Positions 1-10,538 of a DNA stretch of 64,000 bases are shown piece after piece. The notes beneath the pieces are model-generated. The model was not told the origin of the DNA. It ran no database searches and saw nothing but the letters and a program-made list of their open reading frames with translations. Each line of letters begins with the position of its first letter. Position 1 is the first letter of the stretch. This stretch comes from Actinomycetes bacterium (GTDB lineage Bacteria > Actinomycetota > Actinomycetes > Actinomycetales > Demequinaceae), in NCBI GenBank assembly GCA_023442845.1, contig JAEZXC010000066.1, positions 499-64,498 of the forward strand, given 5' to 3'. Position numbers and translations under genes: made by a program.

Positions 1-108
1 CGCATGCCACTACTATAAGTGGAACCCTTATAAATGACAACGATTATAATACTTCCCTTATAAGCCAGGCCTTGCCTATTTTGCAATTGTCGGCTTAACC
101 TCAGCGGT

Positions 109-921
109 ATGGCTACACTCACCTCCAGAAGCCCATCGACCGACGAAATTCTGCAGTTTCTTTCCCGACCTGCGCAAACGGCACATGATTCAGCAGCGTT
201 GTCCCTCGCCGCCTCCACCGTCACGGCCATCGCCGTCACCAGCTTGGACGGACGCGGCGCCGTCGAAGGCACCTCGGGCCAGCTTGGCAACGACACCGAT
301 GCCACGGTTTTCAACACGCTTCGCGCGCTTGCCGACGTCGTTTTCGTTGGTACAGGCACCATTGCGTCCGAGGGGTACGGGCCAGTTGAGATACCGGAGT
401 ACCTAGAGGCCGTTCGACAGAAGCTAGGTCGCTCCGAGCACGTGGCGATGTCCACACTCTCGCGCTCGTTGGATTTAGATATAAAATCTGACTTTTTCGC
501 GAATGCAGAAGTCAATCCTCCGATAATCTTCACCCCGACTGAAGATATTTTTAATGATGAAGAAGCAAAGGCCGCTCACAAGAACAAAGCTAGAAAGATG
601 GAGTCGGCCGGGGCTCGCGTCGTTAAGCTCCCTGACCCCTCGGTAAAAGCGGCGTTAGCATGGCTGGCTGAACATGGGTATCGAGACATTGTCGTAGAGG
701 GTGGGCCGACGATATATCGAGAAACATTCAAAAACGGGTGCGTCGACGAACTGTTCCTGACATTGTCGCCGATGTGGGTGGGTAACGGCCCCCTGACTTT
801 CGGCGAGAACGACCCTGATGAGGACTCGAACTCGACGACCCCGCAGGCTTTTGAAGTGCGGGATATCCTACGTTCCGACTCACACATCTTCCTACGCTAT
901 TCCCGCAGCTTCACCCAGTAG
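109..921 (+). CDS. RibD C-terminal-domain pyrimidine reductase / dihydrofolate reductase family protein (Rv2671-like)
   Basis: SLDG..GTSGQLGNDTD, LRALADVVFVGTGT and VEGGP motifs; directly upstream of aftC-msrB as in Corynebacteriales. Confidence 0.85.
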   Translation: MATLTSRSPSTDEILQFLSRPAQTAHDSAALSLAASTVTAIAVTSLDGRGAVEGTSGQLGNDTDATVFNTLRALADVVFVGTGTIASEGYGPVEIPEYLEAVRQKLGRSEHVAMSTLSRSLDLDIKSDFFANAEVNPPIIFTPTEDIFNDEEAKAAHKNKARKMESAGARVVKLPDPSVKAALAWLAEHGYRDIVVEGGPTIYRETFKNGCVDELFLTLSPMWVGNGPLTFGENDPDEDSNSTTPQAFEVRDILRSDSHIFLRYSRSFTQ

Positions 922-932
922 GGTGGAGTATT

Positions 933-2321
933 GTGAGTAAACCAAAAATCGACGTGAGCGCAAGCGCAACGGCATTAACGCAAACGTCCAAGGACACGCC
1001 AGAGACAAATTCGGTGGCTCCACGCCCTCTGTCTCGGCAGGTGTCGCGAGGACTCAGCGCTTTCTTGTGGCCTATCGCAGCTGTGGTGATTTTTCACCGC
1101 ACCTGGGTTTTGCCGAAAGACGTGTCTGGCACAGATGACTTTACGACGGTCTGGTCGGCAATTAATCGATTCGTATCGCAGGTACCCGTTTATTCGGAAG
1201 ACTACGTAACAGCCGATCCACACTATCTGTATTCCCCAGGCGCTACCCTACTTTTAGCCCCGATTGATTTGTTCGGCTCGCTTGAATCGGGCCGAATCTG
1301 GTTTGCGGTATTTCAGTCAGCTGCAATCATTGCGGCAATTGTGTTGCTACTCAGGTGGCTTGGTATTGCGCGCTCTGGCCCCATCATTCCAGCGTCGATA
1401 GCACTGCTCTACCTCACGGAACCCGTTACCAACACCCTTGATTTTACGAACGTCAACGGTTCACTGTTCCTTGCATTAGTGCTATTTTTTATCGCACTGA
1501 CCGAGCGACGCAATATCCTGGCCGGCCTGATTATCGGTATCGCAATCACTATCAAGCCCGTATTCTTGCCAATGCTGTTCCTACCGTTCATGCGCAGGCA
1601 GTTCTCTACGGTACTGACCAGTATCGGGGTGGTAATTGCAGCCAATGTCATCGCGTGGCCGCTCATGGTCCAACCACGTGACTACCTAGATATCACTATC
1701 CCCTACCTGGGAGTTGTCCGTGACTTTGCAAATGCTTCACTGACTGGGCAGCTTGTTTGGCTGGGTGCCCACCCGACACTGATCTTGCTGTGGCAAGTCT
1801 TTTTCGGCATTTTCGTCTTGGTATCTGTCGTGCTCCTTCTTCGCTGGCTCGAAAGGGATGAGAAATTCTGGATTGCTACGACTTCCGGAGTTCTCTTCAC
1901 CGGCGCGTTCTTCCTTTCCAGCCTGGGACAGCAGTACTACTCGATGACACTCTTGCCAATGGTTCTCACCGTGCTTCGCCCATTGGTTTTGGCTCGCGAC
2001 AATGAAGGAAATATTGGTTCGACAGTCATGTTGAATTGGGGCGCAGGACTCGGAGTCGTATTCTGTTTCTTCTACGCCAATTGGTGGATTGATGAGGATG
2101 ACCTGTTTTTCCCGTGGTTCACGGTTGCAATCGGCGGTATTGGATGGGCCGTTCTTATTCTCTCCATCACGGCAGCACTCATTCGAATGACGATTGTAGA
2201 TGCCGTCAATGGGCGTAGCTTTGCATCCGGCTTCAGCTGGCTGAGCGACTGGAAGATCGCAGGCAGGAAATCTAATCAGGAATCTGATCTCAAGTCTGAG
2301 GAGGCTATTCAGAATGGTTGA
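933..2321 (+). CDS. aftC: Arabinofuranosyltransferase AftC (GT87)
   Basis: TDDFTTVW, DPHYLYSPGA and TIKP motifs, multi-TM; ribD-aftC-msrB synteny. Confidence 0.88.
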   Translation: MSKPKIDVSASATALTQTSKDTPETNSVAPRPLSRQVSRGLSAFLWPIAAVVIFHRTWVLPKDVSGTDDFTTVWSAINRFVSQVPVYSEDYVTADPHYLYSPGATLLLAPIDLFGSLESGRIWFAVFQSAAIIAAIVLLLRWLGIARSGPIIPASIALLYLTEPVTNTLDFTNVNGSLFLALVLFFIALTERRNILAGLIIGIAITIKPVFLPMLFLPFMRRQFSTVLTSIGVVIAANVIAWPLMVQPRDYLDITIPYLGVVRDFANASLTGQLVWLGAHPTLILLWQVFFGIFVLVSVVLLLRWLERDEKFWIATTSGVLFTGAFFLSSLGQQYYSMTLLPMVLTVLRPLVLARDNEGNIGSTVMLNWGAGLGVVFCFFYANWWIDEDDLFFPWFTVAIGGIGWAVLILSITAALIRMTIVDAVNGRSFASGFSWLSDWKIAGRKSNQESDLKSEEAIQNG

Positions 2322-2739
2322 TTCGCATAACGAAGACTGGAATCTGAGCGAAGAAGAATGGCGCGAACGCCTCAGTGCCGCGGAGTACCAGGTTTTGCGT
2401 CAGGCAGGTACTGAACGCGCCTTCACCGGTGAGTACACCGATACTAAAACTCAAGGTGTCTACCGCTGCCGGGCTTGTGGTTACGAGCTGTTTCGGTCGA
2501 ACGAGAAGTTCGAATCTCACTGCGGTTGGCCATCCTTCTTCTCTCCACTAGCTGGAGACCGGATTATTGAGCGCCAAGACACGAGCCTCGGTATGGTCCG
2601 TACCGAAGTGCTGTGCAGTCGTTGCAAGTCTCACCTCGGCCACGTCTTTGAGGGTGAGGGATACAATACTCCGACCGACCTGCGTTATTGCATCAATTCA
2701 ATTTCACTCACGCTGGAACCGGACAAGACGGCTGAATAA
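2314..2739 (+). CDS. msrB: Peptide-methionine (R)-S-oxide reductase
   Basis: GTERAFTG, CRAC, CGWPSF, HLGHVF, RYCINS. Confidence 0.97.
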   Translation: MVDSHNEDWNLSEEEWRERLSAAEYQVLRQAGTERAFTGEYTDTKTQGVYRCRACGYELFRSNEKFESHCGWPSFFSPLAGDRIIERQDTSLGMVRTEVLCSRCKSHLGHVFEGEGYNTPTDLRYCINSISLTLEPDKTAE

Positions 2740-2750
2740 CTAGATAAAGA

Positions 2751-2807
2751 AGTAGCGCCGCTGGTCAAAATCCCGTCAGTTACCGGGCCTTGACCAGCGG
2801 CGCTGCT
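2751..2807. terminator. Bidirectional hairpin between convergent msrB and hemQ
   Basis: 15-bp perfect inverted repeat AGCGCCGCTGGTCAA (2754-2768) / TTGACCAGCGGCGCT (2790-2804). Confidence 0.75.
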
Positions 2808-2830
2808 GATTCACTCGTAGATCGCGCAGA

Positions 2831-3529
2831 CTACGGCAGAACGGTGATAATCTCCGCAATGTCATCGACGCGACGGCCCGTGTGGAACGGAATCTCTTCG
2901 CGGACGTGCAGACGAGCCTCGGTGTAACGCATCTTCCACATCAAGTCCACAATGCGGTCGAGCTCCGGCCCCTCGAATGCAAGGATCCACTCGTAGTCGC
3001 CGAGTGCGAACGCCGGGACAGTATTGGCGCGCACATCCGGGTAGTCACGACCGGCCATACCGTGTTCAGCAAGGATACGTCGACGCTCGGTCGGCTCCAG
3101 CAGGTACCAGTCGTAGGAACGGACGAACGGGTAAACCGCAATCCATCGTCCCGGCTCTTCACCCATGATGAACGACGGCAGGTGCGACTTGTTGAACTCA
3201 GCTGGACGGTGCAGTGCAGCGTTCGACCAGTGCGGAGTGGATGCCTGGCCCAGCGGAGTCTCGCGCAGGAAGGCGTTGTAGAACGCCTGCAGATCTTCCA
3301 GCTTCTCTGCGTGAATCCAGAACATGAAGTCAGCTTCAGCACGCATGGCCGAAACATCGTAGAAACCACGGATGGTCAAATCAGTGTCTTCGTAACGAGC
3401 CAGGAATTCCTTGGTCTTAGCCACTGCCTCTTCGCGGTTATCACCGAGTGCACCTGGGGTCACCTTGAAGGCAGACCACATGGTGTAGCGGATGGTGTCA
3501 TTGAGCTTCTTGAAATCGAGCTTGGTCAT
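2831..3529 (-). CDS. hemQ: Coproheme decarboxylase (ChdC/HemQ)
   Basis: [32 protein letters not shown]; follows hemE-hemY. Confidence 0.95.
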   Translation of the reverse strand: MTKLDFKKLNDTIRYTMWSAFKVTPGALGDNREEAVAKTKEFLARYEDTDLTIRGFYDVSAMRAEADFMFWIHAEKLEDLQAFYNAFLRETPLGQASTPHWSNAALHRPAEFNKSHLPSFIMGEEPGRWIAVYPFVRSYDWYLLEPTERRRILAEHGMAGRDYPDVRANTVPAFALGDYEWILAFEGPELDRIVDLMWKMRYTEARLHVREEIPFHTGRRVDDIAEIITVLP

Positions 3530-3613
3530 TAGTTATCTCCTAGTTCGGTTGAAAGGTTTGTTTACAAACGATGGGTCAGCGCCAGTTTCGTACTCAGCAC
3601 CAATCTCGCAGCT

Positions 3614-5092
3614 TTATGCTATCTCCGCAGCAATCTTGCTGGCCGCAGCCTTGGCGTTGGAAATACATTCCGGAATGCCCGGGCCACTGAGCCATGCCCC
3701 TGTTGCTGCAAGCTTAGGCACCTCGTCCAACTCCTGGCGAGCAAAATCCATCAGGCCTCCATGCCCCATATCGAAGCGTGGAATCCCCGCCCACCAACGC
3801 TGGACGAAAACCGCTGTCGGTTCGGCATCAAATCCAGTCGCCTTAGCCAAATCCGCCTTTGCCCTGGCAATCAGGTCATCGTCGCTGCGATGCACGTGCG
3901 AGTCATCATCAAAACGGCCGAAGCTCGCCCTCACAACGGCACCGTAGCGCTCACCAATATGTGGCCACTTCCGGGACGACACTGTGAAAGCTTTCGCGGA
4001 CAGGTCCGCACCAATCTCGCACAACACGCCGTTGATCTCCGGCAGTCCTTCCGACGAGTCGAAACACATACCGACCACCGCCGAGTTCGACGTGTCTACC
4101 CCACCGATGAGCTCAGCCGCCTCTGGCGCAAGATTGCTCAACAGCTCCGATGTGGTTGCAGAAGGTGCTGCCAGCACAACACCGTCGACGTCGATAGTGC
4201 TAACGCTCGTGCCGCTTTCCGACGGCGCTTCCACTGTCACCTCAAAGCCACTGTCATGCTGCCGCAGACCGGTAGCGTTCGTCGACAAGAGGAGTTCGGC
4301 TCCCGATTCGTCGACAAGCGTGTTGTAGAGAACCTCGAAGCCATCGCGGAACGTTTGGAAGACCACCGGTCGCTTCGCCTTCGTCGAGTCTGTCGCAGCC
4401 TCACTGCTCAGACGCGCCTGCTGCGCCTGCTTACGTGCTTCCAGAACGCGCTGGACAGCGCCGGTGAGGCTGACATGATCACCGACACTGGCCATTTCAT
4501 CAAGCGCTGCCGCCAGCTGTGGGATGGTCGCACGCAGGCCAAGGTCGTATGCGGTGGTTGAGTAGACGCCCCCGAGCAGCGGGGAGACGATGCGGTCGAC
4601 GACTTCCTCACCGAGCCGCGCCGCGACCAGCTGGCCGACGTTCATGTCGTCTCCCAGTACCCAGTGCAAGGCTGGAGTGAGCTCGGGGTTCGACTCGGCA
4701 TCAATCTTGGCGAGGGTGGCCTCGCTGAGGAGATAGTCCAACCCTTCTGAGCTTCCTGGAATACCGGTGACCGTGTTACGCGGAAGGTCCTTGAGTTCAC
4801 CGCCAATGTAGAGCTTGGAAGGCAGCCCCGAAGGGGCGACTAGCTGATCTGCCAAACCGAGTTCCTTGAAAAACTCGGTGGCATCGTGACGGAACGCCAG
4901 ATACGCCTCAGCGCCCGCTTCGAGAGGGCCGTTAGCTCCTGGTCGAGTCTTCAGCTTGCCACCAACCTGTGCACTGGACTCGATGACAAATATTCTTGCG
5001 GCGGGTCCGAGCTTTTTACGCAACTCATACGCTGCGGTCAGGCCGGAGATACCGCCACCTACGACGGCAATGGTAGAAGGTTGTGCAACCAC
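3614..5092 (-). CDS. hemY: Coproporphyrinogen/protoporphyrinogen oxidase (HemY/CgoX)
   Basis: N-terminal VVGGGISGL FAD motif, GAEAY, PLLGGVY, RASFGR, GIPECI; between hemE and hemQ. Confidence 0.92.
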   Translation of the reverse strand: MVAQPSTIAVVGGGISGLTAAYELRKKLGPAARIFVIESSAQVGGKLKTRPGANGPLEAGAEAYLAFRHDATEFFKELGLADQLVAPSGLPSKLYIGGELKDLPRNTVTGIPGSSEGLDYLLSEATLAKIDAESNPELTPALHWVLGDDMNVGQLVAARLGEEVVDRIVSPLLGGVYSTTAYDLGLRATIPQLAAALDEMASVGDHVSLTGAVQRVLEARKQAQQARLSSEAATDSTKAKRPVVFQTFRDGFEVLYNTLVDESGAELLLSTNATGLRQHDSGFEVTVEAPSESGTSVSTIDVDGVVLAAPSATTSELLSNLAPEAAELIGGVDTSNSAVVGMCFDSSEGLPEINGVLCEIGADLSAKAFTVSSRKWPHIGERYGAVVRASFGRFDDDSHVHRSDDDLIARAKADLAKATGFDAEPTAVFVQRWWAGIPRFDMGHGGLMDFARQELDEVPKLAATGAWLSGPGIPECISNAKAAASKIAAEIA

Positions 5093-5197
5093 GGTATTTC
5101 GTACGCTTTCTCTATGCCCGCGCCGCTAGCGGGCACGGTCGATAAGACTTGTAGGAAATTAGCTAGTGCGTGTTTTACACGCCTGTTGCGTCGGCTT

Positions 5198-6295
5198 TTA
5201 CGTTGCGTGAATGATCTCAACAGCGCGCGTAATCGCGTCGGCATCGGTATTCGGTAGCACCCCGTGACCCAAGTTGAAGATATGTCCACGGGCGTCACCA
5301 CGCTTAATTGCACGGTCCGCCTCAGAGCAGATGCGCTGAATCTCTTGGGTCATTGCATCTTCACCGGCAAAGAGAATCGCCGGGTCAAGGTTGCCCTGCA
5401 ATGCAAGGCTGTTTTGCGCCGGGTCTGCGCCTCGGTGAACGTCGGAAAGCGTGGCACGAATGCGGTTGGCAGCAACGTCCAGTGGCACACGCCAGTCGAC
5501 GCCCATGACTTCTGGGCCGGCTTCAGCCATCGCACCGAGAAGCTCTCCGGTCCCCACACCGAAGTGGATGCGCGGAATGCCGGCGTCGGCGACGGCCTGG
5601 AAGATTTCCTTCGAGTACGGCAACACAAAGCGGCGGTAGTCGCGCTCGGTGAGATAGCCAGCCCAGGAGTCGAAGAGCTGAATAGCGTCCACACCAGCAC
5701 CAATCTGCGCACGCAGGAAAGCAATCACCATCGGAGTGATTTTCTGCATCAGGTGATCCCACAATTCAGGGTCCGAGTGCATCAGCGCCTTAGTGCGCTC
5801 GTGATTGCGGGATGGACCGCCTTCAATCAGGTACGACGCCAAGGTGAACGGTGCACCGGCGAAACCAATGAGTGCCTGGGTATCAGTCAGCTCTTGCAGA
5901 ATGAGGCCGATACCCTCGGCCACCGGAGCGAGTTGCTCTTCCGTGACTTCCGGTAGAGCCTTGATGTCTGCTTCCGAGCGCACCGGAGTATCCATTACTG
6001 GACCGCGGCCAGGAACAATATCCAAGTTGACACCCGCGGCCTTCAGCGGCACGACGATATCGGAAAAAAGAATCGCAGCATCAACGTCGTGCCTACGTAC
6101 CGGCTGCATAGTAATCTCAGCGAGCAGTTCCGGACGGAAGCAGGAGTCCAACATACCGATGTCCTTGCGCACCTCACGGTACTCAGGCAGTGAACGACCG
6201 GCTTGCCGCATAAACCACACCGGGCGGCGCGAAGGAGTTCGACCGTAAGCTGCATCAAGAATCGGGGCATCAGTCAAAGTGCGACGATTGTTCAT
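5198..6295 (-). CDS. hemE: Uroporphyrinogen decarboxylase
   Basis: PVWFMRQAGRSLPEY, ILFSDI, GFAGAPFTLASY, FNLGHG; start ATG 6295 preferred (track gives 6307). Confidence 0.96.
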   Translation of the reverse strand: MNNRRTLTDAPILDAAYGRTPSRRPVWFMRQAGRSLPEYREVRKDIGMLDSCFRPELLAEITMQPVRRHDVDAAILFSDIVVPLKAAGVNLDIVPGRGPVMDTPVRSEADIKALPEVTEEQLAPVAEGIGLILQELTDTQALIGFAGAPFTLASYLIEGGPSRNHERTKALMHSDPELWDHLMQKITPMVIAFLRAQIGAGVDAIQLFDSWAGYLTERDYRRFVLPYSKEIFQAVADAGIPRIHFGVGTGELLGAMAEAGPEVMGVDWRVPLDVAANRIRATLSDVHRGADPAQNSLALQGNLDPAILFAGEDAMTQEIQRICSEADRAIKRGDARGHIFNLGHGVLPNTDADAITRAVEIIHAT

Positions 6296-6459
6296 ACGGA
6301 CAATCATGCCCCACTTACCTTAGAAATAAATGTGTGGGGTACTAAGAACAGGGAAATCGCTCGCCCTGCCGTGCGTTTTCGACGAACCGCTTGGTCGCTT
6401 TCCGCTCTTTTCGGCGCGCCTCCCACTAATGCAAGCGTCATATGGCTAAGTTCAGGCGC

Positions 6460-7032
6460 GTGAATGGAACCGATTCAACGCCACAGAACTTCCGCGCCGC
6501 GGTCGAGTCAATGCACTCTGCTGAACTGCGACCTGAGATTGCTCTGGGCACCGTTCGGCCACCGCAGAAGCTGGCACCGTTTAGCCACGCTGTCTCGCTT
6601 GAGGTCACGCAGCCCGAAGCTGATATTGTCCCTGAGTCCTCGGACGATGATGCCTTTGGTCGCTTAATTTTGCTCCATGACCCCCGCAGTGAGGAAACCT
6701 GGGACGGTGACATGCGCTTGGTTGCATACATCCAGGCAGATATGGATGCCTCCCTCGCGGAAGATCCGCTCCTTCCCCAGGTTGCCTGGCAATGGCTCAC
6801 CGAAGCTCTGGCTGAAAACAACGCCGAACTGTCGAACTTGGGTGGCACGGTGACAACTACGAACTCTGTCCGCTACGGCGAGATTGGCGGCAAGCCACAG
6901 GCCTTTCAATTAGAAATGCGCGCGTCGTGGACTGCTCGTGGCACCGACCTGCGCACTCACGTTGAATCCTTCGCTCAGGTACTAGCGAACGTCGCTGGTC
7001 TGCCACCCGTCGGCGTATCCCTGCTGGGCTGA
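6460..7032 (+). CDS. DUF3000 family protein
   Basis: PPQKLAPFSHA, GRLILLHDP, LGGTVT, EMRASW; start GTG 6460 follows TAAGTT by 7 nt (track gives 6442). Confidence 0.85.
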   Translation: MNGTDSTPQNFRAAVESMHSAELRPEIALGTVRPPQKLAPFSHAVSLEVTQPEADIVPESSDDDAFGRLILLHDPRSEETWDGDMRLVAYIQADMDASLAEDPLLPQVAWQWLTEALAENNAELSNLGGTVTTTNSVRYGEIGGKPQAFQLEMRASWTARGTDLRTHVESFAQVLANVAGLPPVGVSLLG

Positions 7033-7056
7033 TACCGACGACCGAAGAGGCGTGCG

Positions 7057-8358
7057 ATGAGCTCCGACGTGGAAACTAGTCCCGACGTAGAAGTAAGACT
7101 TGCCCCAGCCGAGGGAACTCCACGCGTGCTTTCCGCCATCGACGACATTGTTGACGCCGGTGAGCAGCTGGCCAAAGGACACGGTTGGCTCGCGGTCGAT
7201 ACTGAACGAGCTTCGGCATATCGCTACGACGACCGCGCCTTCCTCCTTCAATTTCGCCGCCGTGGAGCGGGCACCTTTCTCATCGATCCCGAAGACGGCC
7301 GCAAGGCGATGGCCGTTTTCGGTTCCTCAGTCAACGACCTGACCTGGATCATTCACGCAGCTCATTCTGACCTTCCCTGCCTCGCGGCTCTGGGCCTCTA
7401 CCCCACCAAAGTCATTGACACTGAGCTGGCCGGCCGCCTTCTCGGCCTGGAACGAGTCAATTTAGCAGCTCTGACAGAACGACTCCTCGGAGTTGGACTT
7501 GCCAAAGGGCACGGTCGAGAGGATTGGTCTACTCGTCCACTGCCGGCGGATTGGCTGGACTACGCGGCCCTGGATGTCGAGCTGCTCATCGAACTCGCCG
7601 AGGTTCTTTGTCAGGCGCTGACTGAGCTCGACCGTTTGGAATGGCTGGAACAGGAATGCGAACGCGAACTAGCTCTAAACCGTAAATACCTCGATGGTCT
7701 GCACGTCGGATACTCGTGGCAGGGGCTCAAAGGGATTGGGAAGCTGCGCACTCCCGAACAACTTCACGTCGCCCGTGCACTGTGGACTGAGCGTGACGAA
7801 ATCGCGCAGCGCCGTGATGTCTCCCCAACACACGTCATGGGTCACAGCGTTCTACGTACAATCGCAGAACAACTCCCCGGTACGCAGCGTGAGCTGACTG
7901 CAATCCGTGGATTTCCACGTCGCCGTCGCGGTGCTGCGGACGCTTGGTTGAAGGTCGTTAATGAAGCCCGTCAGGAACCCAGGTCGTCATGGCCGAAGCC
8001 CCAGAAGCAGGCTCCCAACGAAATGCCCCACTTTCGACATTGGGCTGAGCATGCCCCACAAGCCGTCGAGATTTTCGAAACCACGCGAGACTGCATCGAC
8101 AACGTCTGTGCCCAAATACACCTGCGCAAAGACACACTCATCACTTCCGCGCAGACACGTGAACTGGTTTGGTGGATTCACAGTCGCGCAGTCGGCTCAT
8201 TCGTTTTCCGCCACCACGACAACTACGCTGGCGGCCTGCCAGCCGTTACCGAAATCTCCGCTCACCTCAGGGAACAGGGTTTCCGCCCATGGCAGGCACA
8301 TTTGCTTGCCGACGTGATTGGCGCCAACGTTCTTGCGCCCATGCGGCAGCCACTCTAG
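7057..8358 (+). CDS. rnd: Ribonuclease D (DEDDy exonuclease + HRDC)
   Basis: AVDTERAS, HAAHSDL, DTELAGRLL, DWSTRPL, YAALDVE. Confidence 0.9.
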   Translation: MSSDVETSPDVEVRLAPAEGTPRVLSAIDDIVDAGEQLAKGHGWLAVDTERASAYRYDDRAFLLQFRRRGAGTFLIDPEDGRKAMAVFGSSVNDLTWIIHAAHSDLPCLAALGLYPTKVIDTELAGRLLGLERVNLAALTERLLGVGLAKGHGREDWSTRPLPADWLDYAALDVELLIELAEVLCQALTELDRLEWLEQECERELALNRKYLDGLHVGYSWQGLKGIGKLRTPEQLHVARALWTERDEIAQRRDVSPTHVMGHSVLRTIAEQLPGTQRELTAIRGFPRRRRGAADAWLKVVNEARQEPRSSWPKPQKQAPNEMPHFRHWAEHAPQAVEIFETTRDCIDNVCAQIHLRKDTLITSAQTRELVWWIHSRAVGSFVFRHHDNYAGGLPAVTEISAHLREQGFRPWQAHLLADVIGANVLAPMRQPL

Positions 8359-9624
8359 CTACAGCTGCTCCAGCACCGCGATGGTTTCAAAGTGATGCGT
8401 TAGACCAAATGCGTCCACGACCTCGAGGTGTTTGAACGCGTAGCCGTAGTCAGCCCAGTACCGGGCATCGCGGGCAAAAGTCGCCGGATCACAACCGAAA
8501 TGTACGACCGTGCGTGGCTTGGCTTCAGCAATAGCGGCAATGGCATCCTTACCAGCACCGGAGCGCGGAGGGTCGAGAACGACGATATCCGGGTTTGGTG
8601 TTTCCTCATTAGCAACTTCGCGGCGCACTACCTTGGTGACATCCCCAGTAACGAACCGGACTGGTGCCGCAGGCGACGCATTTCCACTGTGGTCAGCTGC
8701 AGTGAAAGCCTTGCGCCCCGCCGTCGCGGCTGCGGCAAAACCCTCGACAGAGAGAATTGAGCCCTCTGCGTCAACTAGCTTGCGCAGTGCCGCCGACAGA
8801 ACGCCTGCGCCACCGTAAAGATCCCAACCACAGGAGAAAGACTGACCAGTCAACAGGTCGATGATGCGCGATCCATAGAACTCAGGGGCATGGCAATGGG
8901 CTTGCCAAAAACCGGTCGTCGGCACATCGAAAGTAATTCCGTGAACCGTGTGCTGTGTAGTTGGCTCGCCTTCAATCAACGTTTGCTTGCGGTTCCTGCC
9001 GATGCCAGATACGTACACAGCACTTCGGTTACCCTCCGTGTCCATGGCCACATGGAGTTCTCCTGGCTTCGGCTTCTTGCTCCCTCGACCGCGAGCAGGC
9101 TTAGCGACGGGGATGGTTCTGGCCGTCGAAAAGCCAGCGATGAGATCGGGAACTGTTTGGACACACTCGGAGCCGATGACGAGCTCGTGGGAACGGGAAC
9201 GACGTAATCCCGCTCGTCCCTGGGAATCCACACCCAGCCGCACGCGCGTGCGCCAACGGGAGGTCGGAGCCAGTGGAAGAACATCGATAGCTGGCAGTTC
9301 GTCGGCGGTGAAACGTCCAAGACGGCGCAGGCAATCGGTCAGGACATCAGCCTTGAGACGCGCCGCGTGCTCAGGATCAATGAAACCCCAGTCGCAACAA
9401 CCCGCGCCCTGCTGAGCTGCTTCGCAACGCTGCGAAATTCGATGCTCTGAGGCATCCAGAACCTCAACGACATTGCCACGCCACAGCTTGGCATCAGGTT
9501 TGGCAATTTCGACAACAACGCGTTCGCCGGGGATACCGCCGGTGACGAAACCGATTCGTCCGTCATAGCTGGCAATGAATTCTCCGCCGGCAGCGGGACG
9601 GTCAATAGTCACTTCGATGTTCAC
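8359..9624 (-). CDS. TRAM-domain class I SAM-dependent RNA (uracil-5) methyltransferase (RlmD/TrmA family)
   Basis: TRAM N-terminus, FWQ, DLYGGAG, LDPPRSG, catalytic CDP, THHFE. Confidence 0.9.
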   Translation of the reverse strand: MNIEVTIDRPAAGGEFIASYDGRIGFVTGGIPGERVVVEIAKPDAKLWRGNVVEVLDASEHRISQRCEAAQQGAGCCDWGFIDPEHAARLKADVLTDCLRRLGRFTADELPAIDVLPLAPTSRWRTRVRLGVDSQGRAGLRRSRSHELVIGSECVQTVPDLIAGFSTARTIPVAKPARGRGSKKPKPGELHVAMDTEGNRSAVYVSGIGRNRKQTLIEGEPTTQHTVHGITFDVPTTGFWQAHCHAPEFYGSRIIDLLTGQSFSCGWDLYGGAGVLSAALRKLVDAEGSILSVEGFAAAATAGRKAFTAADHSGNASPAAPVRFVTGDVTKVVRREVANEETPNPDIVVLDPPRSGAGKDAIAAIAEAKPRTVVHFGCDPATFARDARYWADYGYAFKHLEVVDAFGLTHHFETIAVLEQL

Positions 9625-9652
9625 GCAGTGTGATACTACCCGCTGACAAGAG

Positions 9653-9678
9653 AAAAGCCGCCGTCGGGTGACGGCGGC
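9653..9678 (-). terminator. Rho-independent terminator after DUF3710 gene
   Basis: GCCGCCGTC-gggt-GACGGCGGC stem with A-run at 9653-9656 (U-tail on minus strand). Confidence 0.65.
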
Positions 9679-9758
9679 GGGTAGTGCACAGTGGCGCCTG
9701 CAGATCCTCTTCTAACTGGTCAAGCAGCTAGCTTCTCTCTGCTGGAGGGTGGACCAAA

Positions 9759-10538
9759 CTAATTGGTGGAGCCATCCGGGTTGATACCTGTAGCGCCTGG
9801 CACCTGCCCAGGTTCACCTTCAGCTTGAGCAGCCTGGGTCTGCTGCTGGTATGCCTGACGAATCTGCTCGGCCATCTGGGAGGGCAGCGTAACCGGAAGC
9901 GGCTGACCTGCCGGCATCGGGTTCTCGCCGCGAGAAACGAAGCTACGGGCAAGGAGACCGCGGGCAAGATCCGCAAGTTCCTCCGCCCGATCAGCCGGAC
10001 CAGAGGCCGTCATGCGAAGCATCCAACGCGGGCCGTCGGCGCCGATGATTCGCATTTCCATATCGGAGGTGCGACCTACGACCTCAGAACCCCACGGCCC
10101 CTGCTCGACATGGACATCGAGTCCATCGGACTCAAGACCGTCCTTGATTTCCTGAGCGGACTCCTCCCAGAGGCCACCCGACGTCGGAGCAGCGAATGCT
10201 ACAGGAGTTACGCGGCCATGCTCAGTGGCGACGTGCAGCATGGTCGGACCTGTCGGCCCCATCTCCACCTGAATATCACCAACGTGAGGAATAGGCAGCA
10301 GCATCGAACCGAGGTTCAGACTGGCCTTCGCGAAGTCCGAAAAATCAAACTGCGTCGGGCTAGCGCTGTTGATGTCGAAGGGGCCGTTTGCTGGTGCGTT
10401 CTCCGCGGCAGTTTCCGGCGCGTCGTCATGCAGGGTTGCAGTAGCTTCCTCAGAAGCTGGCGCCGCAGAGTCGGTGGTAACGGCCTCTGCCTCAGCAGCT
10501 GGTTCTTCTGGCTGGTTCTTCTTTCCAAATGGCCACAT
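9759..10538 (-). CDS. DUF3710 family protein
   Basis: GPFD, LNLGS, AFAAP.SGGLW, GADGPRWMLR; downstream of dut. Confidence 0.85.
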   Translation of the reverse strand: MWPFGKKNQPEEPAAEAEAVTTDSAAPASEEATATLHDDAPETAAENAPANGPFDINSASPTQFDFSDFAKASLNLGSMLLPIPHVGDIQVEMGPTGPTMLHVATEHGRVTPVAFAAPTSGGLWEESAQEIKDGLESDGLDVHVEQGPWGSEVVGRTSDMEMRIIGADGPRWMLRMTASGPADRAEELADLARGLLARSFVSRGENPMPAGQPLPVTLPSQMAEQIRQAYQQQTQAAQAEGEPGQVPGATGINPDGSTN

